Made by a program: the position numbers and the translations under genes
Source of the DNA: Candidatus Aminicenantes bacterium
GTDB lineage: Bacteria; Acidobacteriota; Aminicenantia; Aminicenantales; UBA4085
NCBI GenBank assembly: GCA_963729855.1
Contig: CAVSPT010000006.1
Location: 1,344,770 to 1,408,769, forward strand
DNA: 64,000 nt
Reading direction: 5' to 3'
Part shown: positions 1 through 7,767 of the stretch, piece after piece
How the letters are laid out: each line of letters begins with the position of its first letter
Numbering within the stretch: position 1 is the stretch's first letter
Notes under the pieces: model-generated
Databases searched by the model: none
What the model was told of the DNA's origin: nothing
Seen by the model: only the letters and a program-made list of their open reading frames with translations

Positions 1-1482
1 CAGCCCGGCGATCCGGCAGAATTCGTTTCCGGCCCAGTTGGCCACGCTTTCACAGGACGAAATGGCCCGGTAATCGCAGCCGTAAATATCCAAAATCAAC
101 TCGTAGGCGGAGGAGATCCCGTTGTCCATGGGAGTCCGGAAGTCCGGAGAGAAGACTTCACGGCTTTCGACAAAACGCGGGCCGAAAATCCGCGGAGACG
201 CGTTCGGCTCCTTGTTCTTAAGGGCCGCTTTCGAAACCTTGAAAATTTTGGTGCTCTTCCGGATTTCGTTGACGCTGGCAAACGATCCTCTCGGCAGATG
301 CCAGCACATCGCCGACTTGGCGTTAAAAGAGCGCAAAGAAAAATCGACGACCCGTTTCGCCGGAAGGCGATCGCAGGTGAAACAATTGGCGCTCAGGATC
401 CGCCCGTAGCGCCGGCAGCTGATGGCGCTGGTTTCGATGTATTGGACATACGTGTCCCCTTCGGCGAACGCGGGCGACGAAATGTTCGGCCGGCCGAAGG
501 GCTTCATATGGATTGCTTCGCAGGTTTCCCGCCCCCAGCGCTGGACCTGGTCCAGGGTCGGTGTCTCCGCCTCCTGGATCTCGAGATCAAAGACGATCTC
601 CTCCCCATACCGGGCGCGTTCCAGTCTCTTCTGGAATTCCGGGTACGGACAAGCCGATACGTCCGGGGAGTACCAGCTCGTTTTGATATCGGCCGCTTTG
701 TACCGCTTCCGGACCTGGCCCAGCGTGTCCTGAAAAACGTTTTTTCCCCGCGAACCCGCCGTCAGGCTGAAAGGCCCTCCCATATAGCTCACGTTGGCGA
801 ACTGGACGACACGGACCTCGTCGAAAATCCGTTCCATCTGGCGCCAGCTGCCGGGGCATTCATAGGGCTGAAGGATCAGGGCACCCGTTTGATGGATCGC
901 GATCCCGCCGGGGACGAGGGCCTCGTAGACGTTCTTATAGAAATCCGTGTTGAAGAGGCTCTGGGCCGGGCCGATCGGATCCGTGGAATCGATGATGAGG
1001 ACATCGAAGCGGCCTTTGTTGGAGGCCGTGAAAACGGCTCCGTCCCCGATTTCCAATTTGAACCGGGGATCTTCGAAGACCCCCTCGCAGACGGACGGCA
1101 GGTGTTTTCGGCATAAATCGACGACCAGGCGGTCGATCTCGACCATGGTCACGGATTTCACGCTGTCGTGCCTCAAAACCTCCCGCGCGACGCCGCAATC
1201 GCCGCCGCCGATGATGAGGACATGCTGGGCCGGCTTGTGGAGATTGAACAGCGGCCAGTGGGCGATCCATTCGTGATAGATGCCCTCGTCTTCTTCGGTC
1301 AGCTGGACGATTCCGTCCAAAACCAGGACTTTTCCCAGCCGGTTGGTCTCCAGGATCATCAGTTTTTGGAATCCCGTATCCGTCTCCGGGACAATCACGT
1401 TGGAGACCTTGAAGCCGTAGGTGATATCGGGATACAGATCTTCGAAAAAAAAGAGGCCGTCTTCTTTTTTTATCAGACCCAT
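1..1482 (-). CDS. speE: Spermidine synthase (SpeE) domain protein with a C-terminal extension of more than 200 aa; partial, as the ORF runs off the window start without a stop. The distal part resembles the N-terminus of a SpeH-type S-adenosylmethionine decarboxylase.
   Basis: Manual minus-strand translation from the ATG at 1482 gives MGLIKKEDGLFFFEDLYPD...HVLIIGGGDCGVAREVL...FDVLIIDSTDPIGPAQSLF. These are the classic SpeE glycine-rich and DSTDP motifs. No stop occurs down to position 1. The tail ...SAYELILDIYGCDYRAISSCESV resembles the AdoMetDC proenzyme N-terminal region. The ORF is absent from the supplied track, consistent with an edge-truncated ORF. Confidence 0.7.
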   Translation of the reverse strand, partial: MGLIKKEDGLFFFEDLYPDITYGFKVSNVIVPETDTGFQKLMILETNRLGKVLVLDGIVQLTEEDEGIYHEWIAHWPLFNLHKPAQHVLIIGGGDCGVAREVLRHDSVKSVTMVEIDRLVVDLCRKHLPSVCEGVFEDPRFKLEIGDGAVFTASNKGRFDVLIIDSTDPIGPAQSLFNTDFYKNVYEALVPGGIAIHQTGALILQPYECPGSWRQMERIFDEVRVVQFANVSYMGGPFSLTAGSRGKNVFQDTLGQVRKRYKAADIKTSWYSPDVSACPYPEFQKRLERARYGEEIVFDLEIQEAETPTLDQVQRWGRETCEAIHMKPFGRPNISSPAFAEGDTYVQYIETSAISCRRYGRILSANCFTCDRLPAKRVVDFSLRSFNAKSAMCWHLPRGSFASVNEIRKSTKIFKVSKAALKNKEPNASPRIFGPRFVESREVFSPDFRTPMDNGISSAYELILDIYGCDYRAISSCESVANWAGNEFCRIAGL

Positions 1483-1505
1483 GCCGTCGATCCTTTGAAC
1501 GCGCC

Positions 1506-2480
1506 TCAGCCCAGGGGATTGGGCTTGAGAATCTTGATGTAGTTCCGCTTCTTGAGGGCCTTGAGGAACTCGTCCAGCTTGGCCGCCTGGCGTTCCTCGA
1601 ACATCCTCTGTTCGATGTCCCGCTTGGCCTCGTCGAACGTCCGCGTCCGGCTGTCCTTCTTGTCTTCGACGCTGAGCAGGTACCAGCCCTTCTTCCCTTC
1701 GACCCAGCCGGTCCGCTCGCCCTTCTTGAGCGGGGTCAGGGCGTCGAAGAGGATCTTGTCGGTCTCGCCTTTCTTCAGGGTGCCCAGGTCGCCCTTGGCT
1801 TCCTTGAGCGGCGCGTCGCAGTATTCCTCGGCCGCCTTGTCGAACGGCAGGCCGCCTTTGAGCTTGTCCAAGACCTCGGCCTTGCGGGCCTCGGTCTCCG
1901 CCGCCGAGCGCAGGTCGGGCGCCAGGTACACGGCCTTGACCCTGAATTCATCGGGCACGACGAACTCCGCGCCGTGCTTCTTGTAGTAGTCGATGACCTC
2001 GGCCTCGTCCACGGCGATCGATTTATTGATCTCCGAGTAGACGACGCTCTGGCGCAAAATCGTCTCCTCCATCTGCTTCAGCCAGGGGTCGTATTGGAGT
2101 CCCTGGCTTTGCAGGGCCCGCTTCAGATCGTCGTCCGAATCGAGATTGTTTTCCTTCTTGATGTTCTCGATGGCCATCTTGAGCTGGTCGCTGACGTTGA
2201 GGTTCTTCTCCTTGGCCAGCTGGAGGAGCAGTGCGTTTGTGATCATGGAGTCCAGGAGCTGGGTCTTGGTCTGTTCGATGGCCTTCTCCTGTTGTGCGCT
2301 CGGGACCTGGGCCTTGATCTGGGCCAGCCGCATCTCGTATTCTTTCTTGAAATCGGACAGGGTGATGACCTCGTCGTTGACGATGGCCACGATTTCTTCA
2401 ACGACCTGCTGGGCGGCGGCCGCGGCCGCGCAGACGACCAGCAGGATCAGGAACAGGCGGGTTCTTTTTACGGTGATCAT
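1506..2480 (-). CDS. SurA-like periplasmic chaperone with a single PpiC/parvulin PPIase domain (signal peptide)
   Basis: Track ORF 1506..2531. The internal ATG at 2480 gives MITVKRTRLFLILLVVCAAAAAAQQ (signal peptide) then VEEIVAIVNDEVITLSDF, typical of the SurA N-domain. Its start overlaps the stop of the upstream gene (ATGA at 2477-2480). Confidence 0.75.
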   Translation of the reverse strand: MITVKRTRLFLILLVVCAAAAAAQQVVEEIVAIVNDEVITLSDFKKEYEMRLAQIKAQVPSAQQEKAIEQTKTQLLDSMITNALLLQLAKEKNLNVSDQLKMAIENIKKENNLDSDDDLKRALQSQGLQYDPWLKQMEETILRQSVVYSEINKSIAVDEAEVIDYYKKHGAEFVVPDEFRVKAVYLAPDLRSAAETEARKAEVLDKLKGGLPFDKAAEEYCDAPLKEAKGDLGTLKKGETDKILFDALTPLKKGERTGWVEGKKGWYLLSVEDKKDSRTRTFDEAKRDIEQRMFEERQAAKLDEFLKALKKRNYIKILKPNPLG

Positions 2481-3445
2481 GATTCGATCCTTTGATAAGC
2501 GAACGGCAGCTTGCCGGTGTCCGCTTTCCATTCCATCGTCGCTTTCAATTCCTCGACATGGGCGGCGACGAGCGCCGCGCTCTTTTCGCCCAGGAGCTTG
2601 GCCCGGATGGCCGGGACGGCCTCGGCCAGCGTCTGCAGACGCGTCTCTATGCGCTTGTCCAGCCGAAAAATGTGGAATCCATAGGAGGATTCGACGACCC
2701 GGCTGAGCTCGCCCGTTTTCAGGGCGAAAACGGCCTTCTCCAGCTCGGGCGGCAGCTGGCCGGCGCTGAACTCGCCCAGCAATCCGCCCTTGGAGGCCTC
2801 GAGGCCCTTGGATTCCGCCCGGGCCGCGGCGCGGAAGGCATCCTCGCCCGCCCCCGTGATCCTTTTCAGGAGATCGGTGGCCTTGGCCTCGCTGTCCAGG
2901 AGGATCTGGCTGACCTGGATCCGCTCGGGCTGGAGGAAATTCTTCTTGTTCCCGTCGTAATACGCGGCCACGGCGGCATCGTCCACGCTGAGCGTGGACA
3001 GGAGCGTCGACAGGTATTTCTCGATGACCAGCTTGTCGGTGACCGCATCGTCGTCGATCACCGCCGCCGGCACGTCGGCCCCGGAAATCGTCGAGGCCGT
3101 CTTGAGCTTGGCCAGGTAGGCCGCCCGTTCTTCATCCGTCAGCTCGATGCGGCGGGCCTTGGCCCGGGCCAGGAGGAGCTTCTCCTGGGCGTAATTGTCG
3201 AAGATCCGGCTCAGCGCTCCGGGGTCGAGGCTCTTCCATTCGGGCCCGACATTGCGCTTCAGGTAGGTCTCGAAATCGGCGGCCGAGTAGGCCGTGCCTT
3301 CAACTTGGAGGACGACGGCCCCGGAGCGGCCGCCGCCGGGCCGGTCCGTCCCGGCCGCCTTCGTCCGGCAGGCCCCGGCGACCAGGAGGAGGCCGACGAG
3401 AGCGGCCGCCGCCTTCCGGATCTCCGAGCGTCCTCTTTCATACAT
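2477..3445 (-). CDS. PpiC-type peptidyl-prolyl cis-trans isomerase, probable lipoprotein
   Basis: Track ORF 2477..3460 (GTG); a likely ATG lies at 3445 (MYERGRSEIRKAAAALVGLLLVAGAC, a lipobox-like VAGAC). The C-terminal parvulin domain reads ...SQILLDSEAKA...SKGGLLGEFSAGQLPPELEKAVFALKTGELSRVVESSYGFHIF. Confidence 0.75.
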   Translation of the reverse strand: MYERGRSEIRKAAAALVGLLLVAGACRTKAAGTDRPGGGRSGAVVLQVEGTAYSAADFETYLKRNVGPEWKSLDPGALSRIFDNYAQEKLLLARAKARRIELTDEERAAYLAKLKTASTISGADVPAAVIDDDAVTDKLVIEKYLSTLLSTLSVDDAAVAAYYDGNKKNFLQPERIQVSQILLDSEAKATDLLKRITGAGEDAFRAAARAESKGLEASKGGLLGEFSAGQLPPELEKAVFALKTGELSRVVESSYGFHIFRLDKRIETRLQTLAEAVPAIRAKLLGEKSAALVAAHVEELKATMEWKADTGKLPFAYQRIES

Positions 3446-3471
3446 CTTTTTTAGTTTCACGACATTACTGC

Positions 3472-3511
3472 GGGGAGCAGTAAATTTGTTACATAATCCT
3501 TACTGCTCCCC
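3472..3511. other. Perfect 12-bp stem hairpin (ggggagcagtaa / ttactgctcccc, 16-nt loop) in the mfd-to-PPIase intergenic spacer
   Basis: An inverted repeat seen directly at 3472-3483 and 3500-3511. No adjacent U-run on either strand, so it is not a canonical intrinsic terminator. Confidence 0.5.
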
Positions 3512-3571
3512 GAGTACTAGCCGGGCGGCAAAGACATCCGAAGTCAACTATATTCCGCCCGGCTTAGTATA

Positions 3572-6500
3572 TTACACCCCATACAACGTCTTCAAGATGG
3601 AGATCGTTTCAGCCATGATGTCGCCGTCGGGACGCCCCTTGAGCGGCACGGCCAAAACGGCTTCGGGGGTCAGCCGCGCGCCTCGGGATTTGATCAGGCC
3701 GGTCCAGCGCTCCGGGGGGATCACGGCGGCAGGATCGAACTTAAAGACGACCCGGCCCTCGACGCGGTCGATGGACTGGACCCGGAGCTTTTGGGCCATA
3801 AACTTGATCCGGCCGTAATCGAGGAGATGGAGCACCGCGGCCGGCGGCGGGCCGAAGCGGTCGGCCAGCTCCTCGCCCATGGCCTCGAATTCGGCCAGGT
3901 CCTCGGCCGAGGAGATGCGCTTGTACAGGCTGAGCCGGACGTTGACCTGGGGGACGTAGTTGTCGGGAATGCGGTTGTCGACGCGCAGGTTGATCTCGCT
4001 CTTGGCCTCGGCGGGGGCTTCGCCTTTGAGCTCCTTGATGGCCTGCTCGAGCAGATGGATGAAGTATTCGTAGCCGACGGCCTCCATGACCCCGCTCTGC
4101 TGCTGGCCGAAAAGGTGGCCGGCGCCCCGGATCTCGAGGTCCTTCAGGGCCAGGCGGAAGCCCGATCCGAGCTCGCTGAATTCCTTGAGCGCCTCCAGGC
4201 GCTTGCGGGCCAGAGGAGGCAGGCCACTCGAAGCCGGCACCAGGAAATAGGCATAGGCCTGGCGAGAGGAGCGCCCGACGCGGCCGCGCAGCTGATAAAG
4301 CTGGGCCAGACCGAATTGGTCGGCCCGTTGGACGATGAGGGTGTTGACCAACGGGATGTCGATGCCGTTTTCGATGATCGTCGTCGAGACCAGGACGTTG
4401 AAGCGCTGTTCGATGAAGCCGAGCATGCGCTTTTCCAGCTCGGCCGGGGCCATCTGGCCATGGACGGTGACCACTCGGGCCTGCGGCACCCATTCGGCGA
4501 TCCTGGCCGCCAGGGCGTCCATGTCCTCGATCCTGTTATGGACGTAGTAGACCTGGCCGCCCCGGGCCAGCTCGTGCTTGACGGCCGAGGCGATGAGCCG
4601 GGGGCTGAACGTCGTGACCGCGGTGTGCACGGCCAGGCGGTCCCTGGGCGGGGTCTCGATCAGGCTGATGTCGCGCAGGCCGGTCAGGGACATGTTCAAG
4701 GTCCGCGGAATGGGCGTCGCCGTGAGGGTCAGGACGTCGACGGCCGTTTTCATCTGCTTGATCTTCTCCTTGTGGTGGACGCCGAAACGCTGCTCCTCGT
4801 CGATCACGAGCAGGCCGAGATCGCGGAACTCGACGTCCTTGGACAGGATGCGGTGCGTGCCGACCAGGATGTCCAGCTGGCCGGCCTTAAGATCGGCGAG
4901 GACCTGGGCCTGTTCCGCCCGGCTCTGAAACCGGGTCAGGGCGGCGACGCGGACGGGATGGAGGGCCATGCGGGCGGTGAACGTCTTGTCGTGCTGGCTG
5001 GCCAGGACGGTCGTCGGGCAGAGCACGGCCACTTGCTTGCCGTCCATGACGGCCTTGAACGCCGCCCGCATGGCCACTTCCGTCTTACCGTAGCCGACGT
5101 CGCCGCAGAGGAGCCGGTCCATGGGCGCCTCGGACTCCATGTCGGCCTTGATCTCGCTGATCGAGCGGAGCTGGTCCTCGGTTTCCTCGTATTCAAAGGT
5201 TTTGTCGAACTCCTCCTGCCAGGCGCCTTCCGGACTGAAAGCGAAGCCTTTGACCGATTTGCGCCGGGCATAGAGATCGAGGAGCTCCTTGGCCAGCTTT
5301 TCCACGGCCTTTCTGGTCTTGGCCTTGGTCTTCTCCCAGCCCGACGTGCCCAGTTTGTCCAGGGAAGGCGCGCCCGCGCCGAGGGGGGTGAATTTCTGAA
5401 GGAGGTTGAGGTCCTCGACCGGGACGAAGAGACGGTCCTCGTCTCGGTAACCGAGCTCCAGGAACTCGTGCGGCTGGGCTTCGACGTCCATCCTCAGGAG
5501 GCCGCGAAAGAGGCCGACCCCGTAATCGGCGTGGACGACGAAATCACCGGCCTTGAGGTCCTGGAATTGGGTGATGGAAGGCTTGGCCGAGGGCCGGGCG
5601 ACGACGACTTTCTCCTCGGTCAGGATGTCGGTCTCGCCGAACACGGCCGCTTTCTCGCGGGGGTAGGCGAAGCCCCTCTCCAGGTCGCCGAGGAGAAGGA
5701 GGATCTCCCCGGAGTCCGGCCGATCGAGGGCCGAATCGACGGCCCGGGCGGACACGCCCTCCTGAGCCAGCAGGCCCATGACCTTGTGCCTCATGGTCGC
5801 GGTGGAGAGGAAGATCAGGCAGCGTTCACTCTCTTCCTGGAGCCGCTTCATGTAAGAGAGAAAGAAGGCGATGCGGTTGTCGAACCGGGGCACGGACTGG
5901 AATCCGAAATGAAAATCGCCGCCGCTCTCCTCGGGCGCAAGCTCGCCGGCGCGGATGCTCCGCGACCGGATCGCCGCCCACAGCGAAGGCGGGAAATAAT
6001 GTTCGGGCGCCCGGACCGGAATCCCGGAGGAGGCGGCCGCGGCGGCCTGCTCCCGAATCTCGTCCATCACTTCGACGTATTCGAGCTCCACGTTTTCGGG
6101 CGATTCGACGATCACGACGGCGTCACCCAGGTAGGCCGTATACGGCACCGTCTCCTCCTCGTCGACGGTTTCAACGAGAGAGGGGATGACGCAACGCTCG
6201 ATTTTCCGGATGGTCCGCTGGCTGGCGGGATCGAATTCGCGGATGGAAGCGATCTCGTCCCCGCTGAACTCGATCCGGAAAGGCCGGGAGTGCCAGGGCG
6301 AAAAAGCGTCGACGACGCCGCCCCGGTAGGCGTATTCGCCGCGGAAGGCCAGGAGGTCCTCGCGGACGTAGCCGTATTCCGCCAGCAGCCCGATCAGGCG
6401 GTCGCGTTCGAAGGCCAGGCCGCGCTCGAGGCGCACGAACAGCTTGTCCAAACGGCCCGGCCCGGGGAAGGGGCGCAGCAGTCCGAAGAGGTTGGTCAGG

Positions 6501-6868
6501 ACCAAGGCCGGAGGGCGGTGTTTGAGGTCGTAGAAAAACCGCATCCGCGAGGCGACGTCCTCGAGAGAGGGGGGCGCGCCGCCGTTGGGATTTTCGGTCA
6601 GCGAGGGAAGCGATTTGACGTTGCGGGAGACGCCGAGCTTGTCCAGGAAGAACCGGCATCGCTCCTCGAGCTCGGACAACGGCCGGTCGGACGTCTGGAC
6701 GTAAATGATTCGAGCGGGCGCATGGATGGCCAGCATGGCCAGGAAATACGGCCGGGCCGCGTCGGTCAGGCCCGAAAGGGAGAGCCGGGGCAAATCCTCC
6801 CGGAACCGTTCCAGGCCCTTGACGAAATCCCTGAATTCCGGAACGTCCTTTAAAAAATCGAGACTCAT
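3572..6868 (-). CDS. mfd: Transcription-repair coupling factor Mfd
   Basis: 1098 aa. A superfamily-2 helicase core (DRLLCGDVGYGKTEVAMRAAF...LVIDEEQRFGV...) sits in the canonical Mfd context, with a CarD-like and TRCF-domain architecture by length. Confidence 0.9.
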   Translation of the reverse strand: MSLDFLKDVPEFRDFVKGLERFREDLPRLSLSGLTDAARPYFLAMLAIHAPARIIYVQTSDRPLSELEERCRFFLDKLGVSRNVKSLPSLTENPNGGAPPSLEDVASRMRFFYDLKHRPPALVLTNLFGLLRPFPGPGRLDKLFVRLERGLAFERDRLIGLLAEYGYVREDLLAFRGEYAYRGGVVDAFSPWHSRPFRIEFSGDEIASIREFDPASQRTIRKIERCVIPSLVETVDEEETVPYTAYLGDAVVIVESPENVELEYVEVMDEIREQAAAAASSGIPVRAPEHYFPPSLWAAIRSRSIRAGELAPEESGGDFHFGFQSVPRFDNRIAFFLSYMKRLQEESERCLIFLSTATMRHKVMGLLAQEGVSARAVDSALDRPDSGEILLLLGDLERGFAYPREKAAVFGETDILTEEKVVVARPSAKPSITQFQDLKAGDFVVHADYGVGLFRGLLRMDVEAQPHEFLELGYRDEDRLFVPVEDLNLLQKFTPLGAGAPSLDKLGTSGWEKTKAKTRKAVEKLAKELLDLYARRKSVKGFAFSPEGAWQEEFDKTFEYEETEDQLRSISEIKADMESEAPMDRLLCGDVGYGKTEVAMRAAFKAVMDGKQVAVLCPTTVLASQHDKTFTARMALHPVRVAALTRFQSRAEQAQVLADLKAGQLDILVGTHRILSKDVEFRDLGLLVIDEEQRFGVHHKEKIKQMKTAVDVLTLTATPIPRTLNMSLTGLRDISLIETPPRDRLAVHTAVTTFSPRLIASAVKHELARGGQVYYVHNRIEDMDALAARIAEWVPQARVVTVHGQMAPAELEKRMLGFIEQRFNVLVSTTIIENGIDIPLVNTLIVQRADQFGLAQLYQLRGRVGRSSRQAYAYFLVPASSGLPPLARKRLEALKEFSELGSGFRLALKDLEIRGAGHLFGQQQSGVMEAVGYEYFIHLLEQAIKELKGEAPAEAKSEINLRVDNRIPDNYVPQVNVRLSLYKRISSAEDLAEFEAMGEELADRFGPPPAAVLHLLDYGRIKFMAQKLRVQSIDRVEGRVVFKFDPAAVIPPERWTGLIKSRGARLTPEAVLAVPLKGRPDGDIMAETISILKTLYGV

Positions 6869-7039
6869 CGGTTCCGCCTAGGGCGACGATTATACGCCCG
6901 GGAACACGGTTCGTCCACGAAACCGGCCGAAACGAAAAGGAGCGGGATTCGTTTAAAAAGGCGTTTTATCGCCAATTTTTGGCATAACTTGCCGTTCTGC
7001 GACATTAATTTCCATGAAAAAAATATAGTATATCAGAAT

Positions 7040-7138
7040 AATTTGTTATTAATAAATGAGTTATAAATTAGCATGGGGATTGCAATAGAAAGGGCGTCCT
7101 GCGATTGCGGGACAAGATAAAGCCATCAGGAGGTTTCA
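7040..7138 (+). promoter_or_regulatory. AT-rich putative promoter region plus a Shine-Dalgarno sequence (aggagg at 7127-7132) upstream of the pilin gene; candidate -10 TATAAAT near 7062-7068
   Basis: The local AT-rich stretch ttgttattaataaatgagttataaattagcat sits in an otherwise 65% GC context. A canonical SD lies 6 nt before the ATG at 7139. Confidence 0.4.
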
Positions 7139-7663
7139 ATGCTTAAGAAAGAGAAAGGCTTCACCCTCATCGAGCTGCTCATCGTTGTGGCGATCATCGG
7201 CATCCTGGCCGCTCTGCTCATCCCCAACGCCATGACCGCTCTGCAGAAGGCGAAAGTCCGCGGCACCCAGAAGGACATCGCCACCATCGCCACGTCCCTG
7301 GCCGACTACGTCACGGACCACGGCGTGCCGTTCGCGGAGAACGGGAACATCGACGCCACGGGCAAGGCCGCCCTGTCGCCGATGTACGTCAAGGTGCTGC
7401 CGTTGAACGACCAGTGGGGCACGCCCTTCAAGGTCTACACGGGCGTCAACTGCAACCAGTACGGGATCACGGGCTCGGCCACGGACGACTTCCTGGTCGC
7501 CTCGTACGGGCGCGACGCCACCATCGAGTCCTGGACGTACAATGCGGCCACGCCGGAAGCGGGGCTGTACCAGATATCGACCACGGCGGACTTCAACAAA
7601 GACCTGGTCAATCTGGACGGATCGTTCATTCGCGGACCTCGGGCCGGCGTCTCCGCCACCTGA
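7139..7663 (+). CDS. Type IV pilin / type II secretion pseudopilin-like protein (prepilin N-terminal methylation motif)
   Basis: The N-terminus MLKKEKGFTLIELLIVVAIIGILAALLIP matches the class III signal peptide G/FTLIE consensus. The protein is 174 aa. Confidence 0.85.
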   Translation: MLKKEKGFTLIELLIVVAIIGILAALLIPNAMTALQKAKVRGTQKDIATIATSLADYVTDHGVPFAENGNIDATGKAALSPMYVKVLPLNDQWGTPFKVYTGVNCNQYGITGSATDDFLVASYGRDATIESWTYNAATPEAGLYQISTTADFNKDLVNLDGSFIRGPRAGVSAT

Positions 7664-7682
7664 TCTTCAAACGGAACGTTCC

Positions 7683-7760
7683 TCCGGGGGCGATGCGGGA
7701 AACCGCATCGCCCCTTTTCTTTTCCCCTCGCCATAAAACGAGGGGATTTCTCTTGATTCC
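7683..7760. terminator. Two tandem GC-rich hairpins followed by T-runs between convergent genes (probable bidirectional intrinsic terminators)
   Basis: gggcgatgcggGAAAccgcatcgccc followed by cttttctttt (7690-7722), and cctcgCCATAAAAcgagg followed by gatttctctt (7730-7760). Confidence 0.6.
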
Positions 7761-7767
7761 CGCCCCT

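Noticed and set aside
3791-6853. 1020-aa plus-strand ORF antisense to mfd, and similar long antisense ORFs at 7414-9648, 14695-16257, 14774-16426 and 17946-20426
   Set aside because: These are Arg/Gly/Asp-rich, low-complexity translations typical of stop-codon-poor antisense frames in 65% GC DNA. The opposite strand carries well-conserved genes.
6976-6995. Possible sigma54 (-24/-12) promoter ttggcataacttgcc upstream of the pilin gene
   Set aside because: The GG-to-GC spacing is 2 nt shorter than the TGGCAC-N5-TTGC consensus, so it is not a convincing RpoN site.
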